A stretch of 64,000 nt of DNA, from contig CM106586.1 of NCBI GenBank assembly GCA_048013815.1, positions 11,594,001 to 11,658,000 of the forward strand, given 5' to 3'. The number at the start of each line of letters is the position of its first letter. Within the stretch, counting starts at the first letter, position 1. Below, piece after piece: positions 21,958 to 33,543 of the stretch. A program made the translations under genes and the position numbers. The DNA comes from Setoptus koraiensis. Its lineage: Eukaryota; Animalia; Arthropoda. Under the pieces are notes generated by a model. The model was given only the letters and a program-made list of their open reading frames with translations. It did no database searches and was not told the DNA's origin.

Positions 21958-22227
21958 TTAAACCGCTTCCAGGTCCGCGAGGTTCTTCTCAACAAGTTTC
22001 AGTTTATCCCTGGCTTGCTGCAATCTCTCCTCTCTTTTGGGCCAGCTAGCTTTTGCAGGTGATTCATATTCTTCAATAACCTCCTCGAACATTTTCTTGC
22101 TTATCTTCAAGCGATCGATGGCATCTTGATTAGAACCACTTGAGAGGACACTGGAAATTGTGGCTGCGACAAAACAGACAACTACCACCAAAAGTAGAAA
22201 TGAAAATTTCACATTAAAGCGAATCAT
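21958..22227 (-). CDS. Small secreted helical protein (89 aa)
   Basis: Signal peptide (FSFLLLVVVVCFVAATISS), charged Cys-free amphipathic helices, and TATAAATA about 125 bp upstream. Confidence 0.7.
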   Translation of the reverse strand: MIRFNVKFSFLLLVVVVCFVAATISSVLSSGSNQDAIDRLKISKKMFEEVIEEYESPAKASWPKREERLQQARDKLKLVEKNLADLEAV

Positions 22228-22350
22228 TGCTATCTTGAGTTAGCTTTCTAGATTGATTCGTTTATCTAGTTTAGAAAGAAATTGTCCGACTGGTTTCTAG
22301 TGTTTTCTTTGGTGGATTTCTCTTTTTGTTAGTCTAAAATCGATTCTCTC

Positions 22351-22358
22351 TATTTATA
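22351..22358 (-). promoter_or_regulatory. Putative TATA box of the 89-aa secreted protein gene
   Basis: GGTATAAATAG on the minus strand upstream of the ATG at 22227. Confidence 0.5.
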
Positions 22359-22738
22359 CCTTTTGATCGAAGAACAGTTGACGGTGAGTCGTGAGCAGCA
22401 TGCACCAGAAGAGTGTCATCTAAAATACGGCAAGAATTTCTATTTTCGACACTCCGTCTGAAATAGTTCTCTTTGACGCTTCTTCGTCGGAGTTCCTTTG
22501 TTCGCAACCGATGATGTTGCAAAAGTATTTTCTACCATACCATATTTTCCGATGTAAAAACCCATATAACATGTACATGCATCTCCAGACCATCTTTCAG
22601 ATATATCCATCCATCCGTATACGTGCCGATACTGAAACCTCGGATGAACTCGACTTGGTTGCTCTTACCAAACCTAAGATCAACGTGGAAACTTGAAACA
22701 CCAATAGTCGGCTAACAATTGTTAGAGAACTAGCAGAG

Positions 22739-23212
22739 ATGCTCAGTGATAATCAAGAGAGCGCAGAGGAGAAGTTGGCCAGAAATGAGAGGAACCTCAG
22801 AGAGGTGATCGATCCAACGACTGAATCAATAAATTTGATGGCAAAGAAACAAGATATCCACTGCAACACAGTCAATGGCCAGAATCTCGCCATGGCAAGC
22901 ATCCAGAATAAAATAGTAGATGAAATGGATCAACTTCGCGATCAGTTCAAAGATCAGCCTAATATGAAGCGAAAATTTGGAGAAATAGAAGAAAGACTGA
23001 ATAGCCAACCACGCTACAATTATGGCATCACATTTAAACAAATCAAAAAAGAGCCACTAAGCGATCTAGAGGATGATGGCGATGACACAACCGACAACGA
23101 CTGTGAAAATCGAGTGCCAGAGCCCCCGAGATCCCTCAAAAAAAACCTATTGTTGCAGCAGCGGTCAAATAAGCAACCACAAGTGGTGAACAACAACAAC
23201 CAAAAGCGATAA
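22739..23212 (+). CDS. Hypothetical 157-aa coiled-coil/low-complexity ORF, possibly a retroelement remnant
   Basis: ATG-to-TAA ORF lying just upstream of a HINE-like element and an orphan LTR. No family recognised. Confidence 0.35.
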   Translation: MLSDNQESAEEKLARNERNLREVIDPTTESINLMAKKQDIHCNTVNGQNLAMASIQNKIVDEMDQLRDQFKDQPNMKRKFGEIEERLNSQPRYNYGITFKQIKKEPLSDLEDDGDDTTDNDCENRVPEPPRSLKKNLLLQQRSNKQPQVVNNNNQKR

Positions 23213-23247
23213 AAGCAGTCATAAACAACCGTATAATTGAATAACCG

Positions 23248-23564
23248 TTTCGTTCTGACTAACGAAGAGGGGCCGGGCGATCTCGCTTTTTGTTCCACCC
23301 CAAAATCACACACCCCCCGCGGCACGCATAGCACCCGTCCCGAAGGGAACACGAACACGAACAGGACAGCTGATTTTAAAGAGGGGAAAATTGAATGGAG
23401 ATTTTTGCTGTGCGGGGGGGAAAGCACACATTTTCTCCACTGAAGCACACAGATGCACGACAACACGATTAAGGGGAAAACTCTATGGACTTTTTTGCTG
23501 CAAAGGGGGGAGAGAAAAAAATTTTCGCTTGTTAGGACCGGCTCGCTTCGCTCGCCCGGCCCAA
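23248..23564 (-). mobile_element. Non-autonomous Helentron-type (HINE/DINE-1-like) element, copy 1
   Basis: Subterminal inverted repeats GGGCCGGGCGA (23270-23280) and TCGCCCGGCCC (23552-23562). Terminal hairpin TTCGTT-ctgact-AACGAA (23249-23266). T-run at the other end. Similar along most of its length to 42968-43315. Confidence 0.7.
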
Positions 23565-23913
23565 AAATCTGCACCACTTGCCCGAGAAGAACCCCTAAAA
23601 ATTGTTATTCATTCATCAGACAATTCACCTATTGAGGTTGAAATGAATAGGAACGCATCGAAGTTTTCAATCGGTTAGATTGAGGTGAAAAACGGTGAAT
23701 ACGACCTCGTTTACATAGAAGCTGCATCACTACGTGATAACTGTACCTTATAGCAGGCCGGACTACGCCAAAAACAACCCAATCATTTGGTTGTTTTGCC
23801 AAAGAGATTGAAGAATGGTGACACTTCGACAAAAGTCAAGATAGGTGGAAGAGGACCCAACCAAAATAATGATTGAGTCGACTTGAGGGCAAGTCAGACC
23901 TAGTTGGGGGATT

Positions 23914-24127
23914 TGTTACGCTTAAATATCGCGCTCCTGTTAGAGTCGGCATTGCCGAAAAACCTTGTATATAAGGCGGCGCTTACGCCATAGTCGGGTA
24001 TTGGATTCTTGTAGTAGAGACTCTCTAGTTCTCAGTATATATAGATATAAATAAATAAGGCTCTAGCCTAAACCAAAAGCCTAGTAAAATCAAGCATTTC
24101 TTACGTTACTACGTTAGTTACGTAACA
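23914..24127 (+). mobile_element. Orphan 3' LTR of a Ty3/Gypsy-type retrotransposon
   Basis: TGTTACG...CGTAACA 7-bp terminal inverted repeat, internal TATATAA (23968) and AATAAA (24050), preceded by CTTGAGGGCAAG and a GGGGGA polypurine tract. No target-site duplication seen. Confidence 0.6.
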
Positions 24128-24836
24128 ATACACATTATATATTGCGATGATTAATGCATTTCTCTGGTATAGTACCCAATCTGAGCTCTTTAGGGTAGTT
24201 CAGTTATCTTGAAAAATCTGACGTGTCAGCAAGAAAGAGGATCGAGGAATGGACACAGCGTTTTTGAAAGGGTTTCTGCAGCAACTGTTATAGGTATCCA
24301 TAGTGCCCCTGTGCATTAGCATATCTTTGGGTTTTTGTCAAGTTGTAAAACTATTTACAAACGCAACAAGGGTACCTTTTACGCAGCACATATCTAACAA
24401 GAATGCTGTTACTTGATTGCCACATCGTCCATTTACCAAAACACACGAAATGCCTGCATTTGGTTACCCAACAGCAAGCATCCGTTATATACTTCCAGTG
24501 GAAGCTGGCTTCAGGAACACCTCTAACTTTCGAATTATCCGCCTTTGAAACGAATTTTTTTCACAGATTGTGAGCACGAATGAATTAAGCACCAACTGAT
24601 GGAAGTGGCTCTAAGTCAAGTAGTAATATCAGTAATATTAATCTTTTCATCAACCCGGTTCATGCCAGCGATCTTATCTAATGAAACAAAATTTTGCAAA
24701 GAAAACCACGATAAGCCTTTCAATTTGTCATTGCCGAATGCGCTTGTATATATAACATATCGTTGCATGCGTTTTTTGAGATGTGAAAATTATTTCTCAC
24801 TTTCTGAGTATTCAAAATAACAATCAGTAATAATTA

Positions 24837-26666
24837 TCATAGTGCTATGCGACCAAGATAGCTGTAGTAGACACTACCTAGGTACAGGTATCGCTTCGTT
24901 GTTGACGTTGGATCGGTATTGTTTGTAGTGTTGTCTAAATCAATTGAACTATTCTGATTCATCGATTTAGGAGTTATCAATATTTCTCGCGCCTCACTGA
25001 TCAATTTCCAGTTCGATCCAAAATTGGGTGCCTGCAAGGAGCGTATTATCTTTCCATCATGATCATATTGAAGAACGAGACCATGCCGGCAGAATGGATC
25101 GATGGGATACAGCCAACCGTTTCGGAAGGCAAAGCCATAGTCGCGCATTAAATTTGCTTTGATAATTTTATCGCCTATAAATTCTAGAATGCGACCAGCT
25201 ACGAAAGTCATCTTAGAGAACATGCGGGTTAAAACTGGATGATCTCGCAAAATGATGAGTGAATCGAAGTGTTTATCATCTTGTATGGCACAGGCGCACG
25301 CCACCCAATAGGTCTCTGTGTTTGGGTCCGCGCCACGTTTGATATTATCTGGTAGTCCGGGAACTCGGCTCCAGAGTTCAGTAGTTCCCTTTCTCGCACC
25401 ACGAATATAATGCTTGAGTATTCGTGCATGACCAAGATCATTGATTAGTATTGCTTGGCGATCATCCATCAACTCAAGACCATTAGGAAAATGCAATGGC
25501 TTGTCATCAAACAGGTCACTATCGTCGTATTTGGCTGCCACCAGATAATTTGCCTGATATCTTACTGGTGTAACTGTTTCTATTGTTTGCAATTGTTGAC
25601 TTATAGTATCATATTGCAATATTCTACCCGTTTCATCGTGATCAGCAATCAAAAATGACAATTCACGCAATCGCCATTTAGAGCTACAATCTGTCATGTA
25701 GATAGTGTCGCCGCCAGTGGAACTAGCCTTCCAATCGACAGCTAGATCGTCAGCAAACAAAATAACGGAATTGCCTGTGCCCTCGAGAGATTTGTGCCTT
25801 TTCTTAGCATCTATCACCAGGGACACCTGTCGCATCTCGATTGTATCATCGGATGTTGCCATTTGGTCGCGAGACGATCGAGAACGGGTTGTCAGATCAA
25901 CCAGGAACAAGCCATTGAAGGGATCAATCACATAAAGATAATTTTCGTCTGGCGACAATCTCAATCCTAGGGGGCGTGAGCAACGCGACAAGAATATAAC
26001 TTCCGGTGAATACATGGCCTCTTTACCGTATAGTTCAACATCATTGTCGCAATACTCATAGCTTATTGTTTCTGGTTTGTTTGAAGTCACTCTTTCTGTA
26101 TCTTGTGTTGATGGTGATAACGTCTCATCTGTTGTTGGAATGTGATCACTTTGATTTGCCCGATAAAAAGTGGATTTACTATTCAATGAGGCAATCTTTG
26201 TGTATCTATCGTTGTATGTATCAACATAAATTATAAAACCACCTTCAACGCCGGTGTAAAAGTTGTTTCGAGAATCAGGGGCCATTGACTCTGGTGCATG
26301 TAGACGATCTTTGAATAACGCCTCAGCTTTATTCAGCTCACTATTGACGGTTAATGGTCCAACAAATGGCAACCTATGTAATGTATGTGATGTAACTATG
26401 GGTTCAACAGGTGGTACAGGTAGAAAATATATCAACACTAATACGAGTCCAATTGTCAAAAATATCCAGGTGAGTCTTCGAACGGCTCGCAAGGGATCAA
26501 CTTTTTCTTTTTCCAAGTCATCCTCTTCTAAGCCAATGTAAGAACACTCACTATCACTATACAGCATACTGATTGGTGGAGCACTAGCTTTATATTTGGC
26601 ACCCTTGTTATTCAGACTTCTTTGTTCATTGTTGATCCAATAACGCAAATTAATTGTATCAGTCAT
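24837..26666 (-). CDS. APMAP: Adipocyte plasma membrane-associated protein / hemomucin (strictosidine-synthase-like beta-propeller)
   Basis: Type II TM, then APESMA, RPLGLR, ADDLAVD, YMTDCSSKW, GRILQYD, FPNGLEL, PGLPDNI and SEARE...YLYLGS motifs. Confidence 0.9.
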   Translation of the reverse strand: MTDTINLRYWINNEQRSLNNKGAKYKASAPPISMLYSDSECSYIGLEEDDLEKEKVDPLRAVRRLTWIFLTIGLVLVLIYFLPVPPVEPIVTSHTLHRLPFVGPLTVNSELNKAEALFKDRLHAPESMAPDSRNNFYTGVEGGFIIYVDTYNDRYTKIASLNSKSTFYRANQSDHIPTTDETLSPSTQDTERVTSNKPETISYEYCDNDVELYGKEAMYSPEVIFLSRCSRPLGLRLSPDENYLYVIDPFNGLFLVDLTTRSRSSRDQMATSDDTIEMRQVSLVIDAKKRHKSLEGTGNSVILFADDLAVDWKASSTGGDTIYMTDCSSKWRLRELSFLIADHDETGRILQYDTISQQLQTIETVTPVRYQANYLVAAKYDDSDLFDDKPLHFPNGLELMDDRQAILINDLGHARILKHYIRGARKGTTELWSRVPGLPDNIKRGADPNTETYWVACACAIQDDKHFDSLIILRDHPVLTRMFSKMTFVAGRILEFIGDKIIKANLMRDYGFAFRNGWLYPIDPFCRHGLVLQYDHDGKIIRSLQAPNFGSNWKLISEAREILITPKSMNQNSSIDLDNTTNNTDPTSTTKRYLYLGSVYYSYLGRIAL

Positions 26667-29239
26667 TTTTCTGTTTCACTTGTAACTGCTACTCAATTGC
26701 TTCAAAGATTATTACGCTTATAAACTGTCATGCGATTTGTCGCCCAGCTTGGCAATTGTGGTTGACCTGTGCAAATGCTTGTGAGTGACCCCCACGGCTT
26801 GCCAGTTGATGCAAAACTGATGATTTATGTTCTCTTCATCTATCGGATGATTGACTAAGACTTCTCGTTGGCCTGGCATAAGCTACACTTTCTTCATGAT
26901 CTCTCTTTTCTGGTTGATCGTTGTGCTGTTTAGATCCTGACAAAAACTACAAAGACAATGAATGAGATCGTTCGTATCAATTCACCATTTGCAGGCAATC
27001 GCAGGCGTGCGGATGATAGCGATAAAATCTTCGTAGATGATAGAAGAATATCTTGAACAAAGGCAACAACTGATAACAACTAAAGTGTTTGTGCACAATA
27101 TTGTTACAACTATGCTTTCTCTCTCTCTTTTTCTTCTCTCAAGCACTCATAGCTGATTGCGTTAAGTTAAGCTGGATATAGCTGGCTGTTTGTTTACTTT
27201 CAATTTATGCACAATATGTACATAAGCAAGCCAGCAATATTTGCCAAGCGATTGGCAACAAGAAACTGTCTGGGTTGGTGTCTCACTAGAGTGACTAAAA
27301 TCTACAGCAAACCGGAATCAGCTAATCTTGTGCTCTCAGTTAGCACTTTTCTTTTTTGAGTCTCGCCGTCAGTTTCTCTCATTACTGTGCAATCAGTCAA
27401 TCATACGCAACAATCTTATTTTAGCAGGTCCTTCCAGATGAAGAAAAAAAAAGAAGCACAGTGCCTGAATGTTATACCGAGCTCGCCCGAGGTGAAAGTA
27501 ACAACAAGTGTTGAAATAACACCACAAAATTAAAAAACTCATTTGTTGCATTGCATAATCATGTGTTCTTACATAATTACTGCACTCCATGGATCTACTG
27601 TTAGTTGCTTCACCATGATTTCATCTTGGGACTGCTATCAAAACAAAAAATGGCTGTTCCATCGAGCAAATGAGATTATCATTATTTAAATTCATACACA
27701 TTCTTGTACTTCTGAGTTGTTTGTTCCGATGAAAGGCAATAAGAGCTAAAACAGTCATAGACATGATGAAGAATCAAGGCCAACCACTTACACTGTCTGT
27801 GCTTACACTAGTTCAGTGGTTGTTTGTTACATCGACCTGTTGGCGGCTTTGTCTTATCAGTATTTCTAATGTATCGAGATGCTTTGGATATAGAGTTTTA
27901 TAACACCCATCACTAGCAGATAAATTAATATCGAGATTGTGCTGATCAGGCATCTTTACGACAATGACTGACTGTCTATTAATTTGAATTCATTAATTTG
28001 CCAACTTTCTAGCTGGCGCCCCACATACAGTTACTGTATTACAGTAGCCTTGACTGGCTTGCAACTCACCAACTGCTGCAATAAGATAGGTGAACTTGAC
28101 CTTCAAGTATAATAGTGTCATTAACAACTTCCGACTGTCGCATTTTTACTAGTCTGATAAGGAAATGGGTCAAAATAAAACACCTACAAGAGAACACAAA
28201 TCATTTGGCACAATCCAGTGCAGAATATCTATACAAACCAATCACCGATTCGGACTGCACTCTCTATAATTTTTTTTTTAACGATTTGTTAGAAACGTTA
28301 GAAGTTGGTTTATTGTAAGTCAGGAATAACCAACACTCATTTGTGACCTATTCGTGGTAATCTTGTGTTACTGCTTATCTGTTTGAGAAATTTGTATGGC
28401 TGGAAGGATGAAAAGTTTTTAAAGTTCAACGAGTGCTGAACTCGTTGGAACTATTGAGAAAAGAACTGTCCGAAATAAGCACTGCAAATTACAAAATCCG
28501 TGGTCGTCAGATGGTATATGCACTCAGACTGACCTCTACATGCTTAATATCTAATTATTAAATATCTGCTAAACGGCAGTTGTGTTTTCTTTAGGGTTGA
28601 ATCCATCAAAGTCAATAGTTCTTGCAACGGTATTTGTTTATAGTGATGCTCACTCTGCATACAATATATCAAGAATTCATAAACAACCAGATCAATCAGG
28701 AATATGAGGAATAAAAAGCTGGCAGGTCAAGTTTTAACGTTTTATCTAGTTCAATCTGAAAACCCCTCTCCAATGCAAATGTGGCCACCGCTCACTGCAT
28801 CAATACTCTTTTGCAGTAGTAACCCTACTGTAGGGTTCTTGCCTAGGTGTGAAATTGCTGTATAACGACGTCATAAGTCTCAGTATGAATGAGTTTTTGG
28901 AGCACATATGATACAACTGCACCATTGATCTATTTATATATTCGTACATTCCTCGAACTAAAGCTGGCAGAGATAGATTAGTTTGCGAGATTCATGATGA
29001 TTTGTGGCAGAATAACGAACGCCCGTTGAAAGTTATTCTCGCTGACTATCTGTCATGTGAAATAGGTATGATACGAAAATATACGATTGATTTCAATTCG
29101 TGCGAATACTTAGGATATTTACATTGTCCACATTTGTATTAGTTCAAAAGATCAACCAAAGTTTCCAAACCAGTAGACATTTCACGGAAGTGACCGAACC
29201 CACTGATTGATTACTATCGAGTAAAACCCAATTCTGCAA

Positions 29240-29629
29240 ATGGCACCATCTGAAAAGCTTGCTCATGTGATATTCCTAGTGGTGTTATTTTCTATTGTCT
29301 CAGTTTCCAGCCAAATACCGAAAGCCCCGGTTCGTCATAACAATATTTTCACTCTGCTTTTTAGCCCGAGAAATTGTTTTGTAAGTTTGTCCCTTATGAC
29401 ACGATCAAGCTAATTGAATTCAATGTCGAAATATTGCCACAATATTCACACAACTCTGAAATAGTAACATCATTTTCACCACTTCTATCACTATTAGTAT
29501 CTCTGGTCAATGAACTCATCAGTTAGGATGGATCGATGCATAAGATGCTGCGAAGGGAAACTATCTGATCCAGATCTATCAGCGCAAGTTATACTGCTGT
29601 TTGATTTTGTATGTCTATGCTCGGATTGA
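29240..29629 (+). CDS. Secreted Cys-rich peptide, 2 exons (29240-29380, 29498-29629), 90 aa; absent from the ORF track
   Basis: MAPSEKLAHVIFLVVLFSIVSVSS-QIPKAPVRHNNIFTLLFSPRNCF|YLWSMNSSVRMDRCIRCCEGKLSDPDLSAQVILLFDFVCLCSD*. GTAAGT donor at 29381, pyrimidine-rich ...CTATTAG acceptor at 29497, phase 0. Confidence 0.75.
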
Positions 29630-30197
29630 AATAAGTAATCCTGATCTATTACTTTCATTCTGTCCAATCTTTGTAAACTCACATAGCATTTGGCAAGACC
29701 CTAACATAAATTATCACCATAGGTTAAATATGAGTGATGCATTGAACCATGCAGTATGGGACAACTGATAAGAATGAGATGTTCTAGTTGACACTTCAAA
29801 TCATGAATATATTTAAAGATTCTGTTTTTTTTTCTTTATGTACACACATGCAATTAACTGACATGTTGTATTATGATAATTCAAATAGTTCAAATAGAAA
29901 GAATAAATGAATGGTGATAACACTGTCGATAAATCATTTATTTCCACCATTCATTATCATCGTTCGTGTTTAGCTCATTTTAGAGCAGTAGCTGAGAATT
30001 TGAGGCATCAACGATCAATTCTTAGCGGTCGATATCACACAATCTTTCTTTGTCGTAATTTAGCTTCGTATAGTCACGGAAAAAAGTGCACAAATAGTGA
30101 TCTCGGTCCCTTATTTGGCTCTTCATTGCAATCAGTAAAAATTCTGCCACCCTAAGAGAGCATTGGGCGCCTATAATATGATCACTTTGAATTCAGA

Positions 30198-30914
30198 TTA
30201 AGCTAAAATTTTTTCAGCTGGAAATACTTGGCAGCCACTCGGTGGGCATGGATGAAGGGCACGAATGGGGTGATTTTCCAGATTAACTTTCGCACTTTGT
30301 CGGCTAGCTTCATCTCGTATTGTTACATGTCTGAATGTTATTTGGGCCTCGCAATCATAACAATCGTGCATTATGCGAATTGAAGTGAAATTTCTCAATG
30401 GATTCCTTCTGACCAAAGTGAGTGTAACCGTATCGGAGCGAACAAGTTTGTTCCAAGCGACAAAATTCGACAGTGATCTTGTGAAACTGGGAGAATCGCG
30501 TTTTGAGGTATCATCGAAACTGAACATACTGCTAGGTATGGCTAAACGGGTTAAAAATTGATTGTTGTTGTCCAATAGATCAAACATAATTGTTGCTTCT
30601 TTCTTATTGAACACTTTACTGGCGTCTTGGGATTTTATTTTAAACGTATAATTATGTTGATGACCGGGGGATGCTGGCGCACCACCATCAAAGATAATGT
30701 GCTCTTGTAATTTTCTACATCTAACACAAAGATCATATAATATAATAAGGCTGATTACTGTCAACAATACACAAGCTCCAATAACTGTTACTATTATCCA
30801 AGCCTGACTTGAACTACCCGTTGCATCGGCACTGTTTGAATTAGTAGCTGTATCTTCACCTGAAAAATCCGAAGCGTGGTTGCTAGAATCAGCTGAAGGG
30901 TTAGACGAACTCAT
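30198..30914 (-). CDS. Single-pass membrane protein with a PLAT-like domain (238 aa)
   Basis: Ser-rich N-terminus, TM (AWIIVTVIGACVLLTVISLIILY), then YTFKIKS...TIMFDLL...FTSIRIMHDC...RHVTIRDEASRQ, resembling the PLAT IRIWHDN...V.V.D pattern. Confidence 0.65.
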   Translation of the reverse strand: MSSSNPSADSSNHASDFSGEDTATNSNSADATGSSSQAWIIVTVIGACVLLTVISLIILYDLCVRCRKLQEHIIFDGGAPASPGHQHNYTFKIKSQDASKVFNKKEATIMFDLLDNNNQFLTRLAIPSSMFSFDDTSKRDSPSFTRSLSNFVAWNKLVRSDTVTLTLVRRNPLRNFTSIRIMHDCYDCEAQITFRHVTIRDEASRQSAKVNLENHPIRALHPCPPSGCQVFPAEKILA

Positions 30915-31386
30915 AATGTGGCTTAGTCATGGTTATGCAATATATAGACACCGACATATGTCAAGCTACAATAAGAAAAATTTACACCCAATGGCCATGT
31001 CTAATGCTTTTGTTACGAACACACATGTCCCTCTGTCAATCGCAGTGAGGGTCACGAGTTTTGATCGTCTGACGCACTAATGCTCGCAAAACATCTGAGT
31101 AATTACAAACAAACAAAAAATTATACATGCATTCAGAGATTATTCCAAAAGGTGTTGTAACGTTTATTAGTACATTTTTTTAGGCGGAGCCATTGAACGG
31201 GTCGAGTTTTTGCCTTAAAAAACCCCAAAAAGTCACTTCCATTCACTTGCTCAATCTGTATCCAACTGTGCCGTATGTCAATGCAAATTTGCATCACATC
31301 TTTACCCTGCCCCCTCTTCATCTGATACTGTCATTCCATTCTCTCCTTCACAAGTGTCAGTTGGCATCTTTTTGTCCTCATAATGA

Positions 31387-32925
31387 TCATAAATGATACT
31401 TCGTCTTCAGATCACCCAGTGTGGCGAATCGAGTTTCAATGAAATTTTTCACTATGTACGGGGTGTGCGAGCATTTTTTGGACAGCTTATCCAACTTTTT
31501 AATCTTTTTCATCCATGCCTCCACTTTACCTTTAGATACGTTCAAGAATGATCTCAGCTCGTTATCTTCAAACTTTATTATCTTGGACATTTTCGCGATG
31601 AGTCTGTCGGCAAGCTCCAGTTTCTCAGTCAATTCCTCGTTAGTTTTAATGTATTTTTTGGCGATTTTGTGCTTGTTCTTCGTGCTTAAACTTCCAATCA
31701 AAACTTTGTACCTGACCACTAAACGTCGCCACTTGTCAAAATAAGCATCTTCATTTGTCATTAGTTGTTCTAATTGATATACTTCCGTCAAGAGGTTATC
31801 TAAAGTCATTTTAATGGAGCCTTCTAGATCTCTTTCCGGTTCATCCTTATAATTGTAATCGAGTTTTCTGTCAGGATCCACAGAGTTTTTCTCGCAAACT
31901 TTCAGTTTCTGATCAGTGACCTCTTGTAATTGTGCGATATGTCTCAATTGAGCCATACATCCATTGCTGAGATCGAGAAGTCTCCTCTGATCATTTAATG
32001 CACGATTATATTCTTGCCGACAGGTTTCCAATTCGGTATTAACTTTTTTCAATTGTTCGCCCAAACTACTACTCAAAATTATTTCTTGGTTTGCTTTCAT
32101 CTTCCATATACTTTTCTCGTGTTCAACAGTCTTCAGCTGATCTAGTTGAGACTTTGATATGGCCGTCTCGCCTTGCTTCAGACAATTCTCTTCCAATTGC
32201 TGACGAGCACGCTCTAGTTCGTCCCTGATAGTGGTTATCTCTTCGGTGTAAACTCTTTTTTCAGTATCAGCCAACATGTTCTCATATGTCAACTTGCTGA
32301 TATTTGCTTCTAGTTTCTTCGACTCAATTAGGTGAGTATTTTGCAGAATTTTCAATTCGACATCGCACTGCGAGCCTCTTTTGCTAAGTTCTTCATCTCT
32401 ATCCGAGAGTATTTGATTTAACTGCTCTATTATAGTTTCCTTTGCATTATTTGTAGTCACTAAATCATCAATGAAAATTTTTAATCTAGATATCTCTTCC
32501 AAGGAATTGTGTTGTTCAACTGATGCCTCAAGATCAAGACCGGCACCAATCTGCCAATAATCTATACAATCTTGGAAATCCCGCATAAGTGGTGACTCAT
32601 TGACAAGATCTGTGTTTTTCAATATCTCGACAAAAATCTCGCCCCAACTTGAGTCAACAGAGGTAGGATTTTCCTGCGAAGTATCAGCTTTATCGGCTGC
32701 GCTTGCCTTGTTGAGCGTCATAAAATAGGTACTACATCTTACACTCAATCTATCTTTCCTAAGCTGAAATCTTAAATCTGATAGAATTTCCGAGGTCAGA
32801 TTCTCAGACGACATGATCTCTGGCCATAAATGTGCGAAAAACAAACCAAAAATCCATAACACATAGAAATCTGATCTGCTACTCGAGATTATAAATGCAT
32901 AGGATTTTCTGGTATGTTTTGTCAT
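31387..32925 (-). CDS. Long coiled-coil protein of unknown function (512 aa)
   Basis: Extended Glu/Lys/Leu heptad-rich ORF. Short hydrophobic N-terminal segment; the real start may be the later Met (MSSENL). Confidence 0.7.
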   Translation of the reverse strand: MTKHTRKSYAFIISSSRSDFYVLWIFGLFFAHLWPEIMSSENLTSEILSDLRFQLRKDRLSVRCSTYFMTLNKASAADKADTSQENPTSVDSSWGEIFVEILKNTDLVNESPLMRDFQDCIDYWQIGAGLDLEASVEQHNSLEEISRLKIFIDDLVTTNNAKETIIEQLNQILSDRDEELSKRGSQCDVELKILQNTHLIESKKLEANISKLTYENMLADTEKRVYTEEITTIRDELERARQQLEENCLKQGETAISKSQLDQLKTVEHEKSIWKMKANQEIILSSSLGEQLKKVNTELETCRQEYNRALNDQRRLLDLSNGCMAQLRHIAQLQEVTDQKLKVCEKNSVDPDRKLDYNYKDEPERDLEGSIKMTLDNLLTEVYQLEQLMTNEDAYFDKWRRLVVRYKVLIGSLSTKNKHKIAKKYIKTNEELTEKLELADRLIAKMSKIIKFEDNELRSFLNVSKGKVEAWMKKIKKLDKLSKKCSHTPYIVKNFIETRFATLGDLKTKYHL

Positions 32926-33543
32926 GATGATTGCGAAATAAATATCCGATTTTCACGAAATTGAAATGCTGAAAGATTACCCGGTTTTGCAACTCCTGAA
33001 TTGCTGGCGAATTTGTACTCATTTGAAAAGTTGAGGGTTTCGATCTATTTTTAGTCATCATGCCTTCGTTCTGCATGCGTAGCACTCACTATCTCAGAGG
33101 CTTAAATGTTGAGTGTAATACAAGAAAGCTTGCTTGTTCGAAGGAATCAAGTAGTCTAATAGAGGACGACTTTGCAAGCATATCAATTGGAGCGACACGG
33201 CTCGCCAGATGGATTTTTTTTAAGTTATTTTTTCCAATACATATGAATATTTATATGAATTTCAACTGAGTTTTAGAAGAGCATAAGAATTGCGCATTTT
33301 GATCTCGTTGATTCGGCAGAGAAAGAAATAGCAGAAATATTCCATTTGGGATGTTCCACACGGGTAGGATATTTTGTAATATGTTCACTGAATTTACTGA
33401 ATCTGACTGAAGAACAACCTCGAAAACACAAACGTCGGTACTTTAATATCGAGTATATAAATTCGAACTAAATCTAGACAGTACTCAATCTCGGCGTATC
33501 GAATCTATTCTTCTGTTTGTATGTCACAGACATTAGAGAAGGA

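Noticed and set aside
23020-23678. ORFs 23020-23577, 23237-23443, 23391-23678 (and 42947-43381, 43069-43377)
   Set aside because: They run through the non-coding Helentron-type elements; their mutual similarity reflects the repeat.
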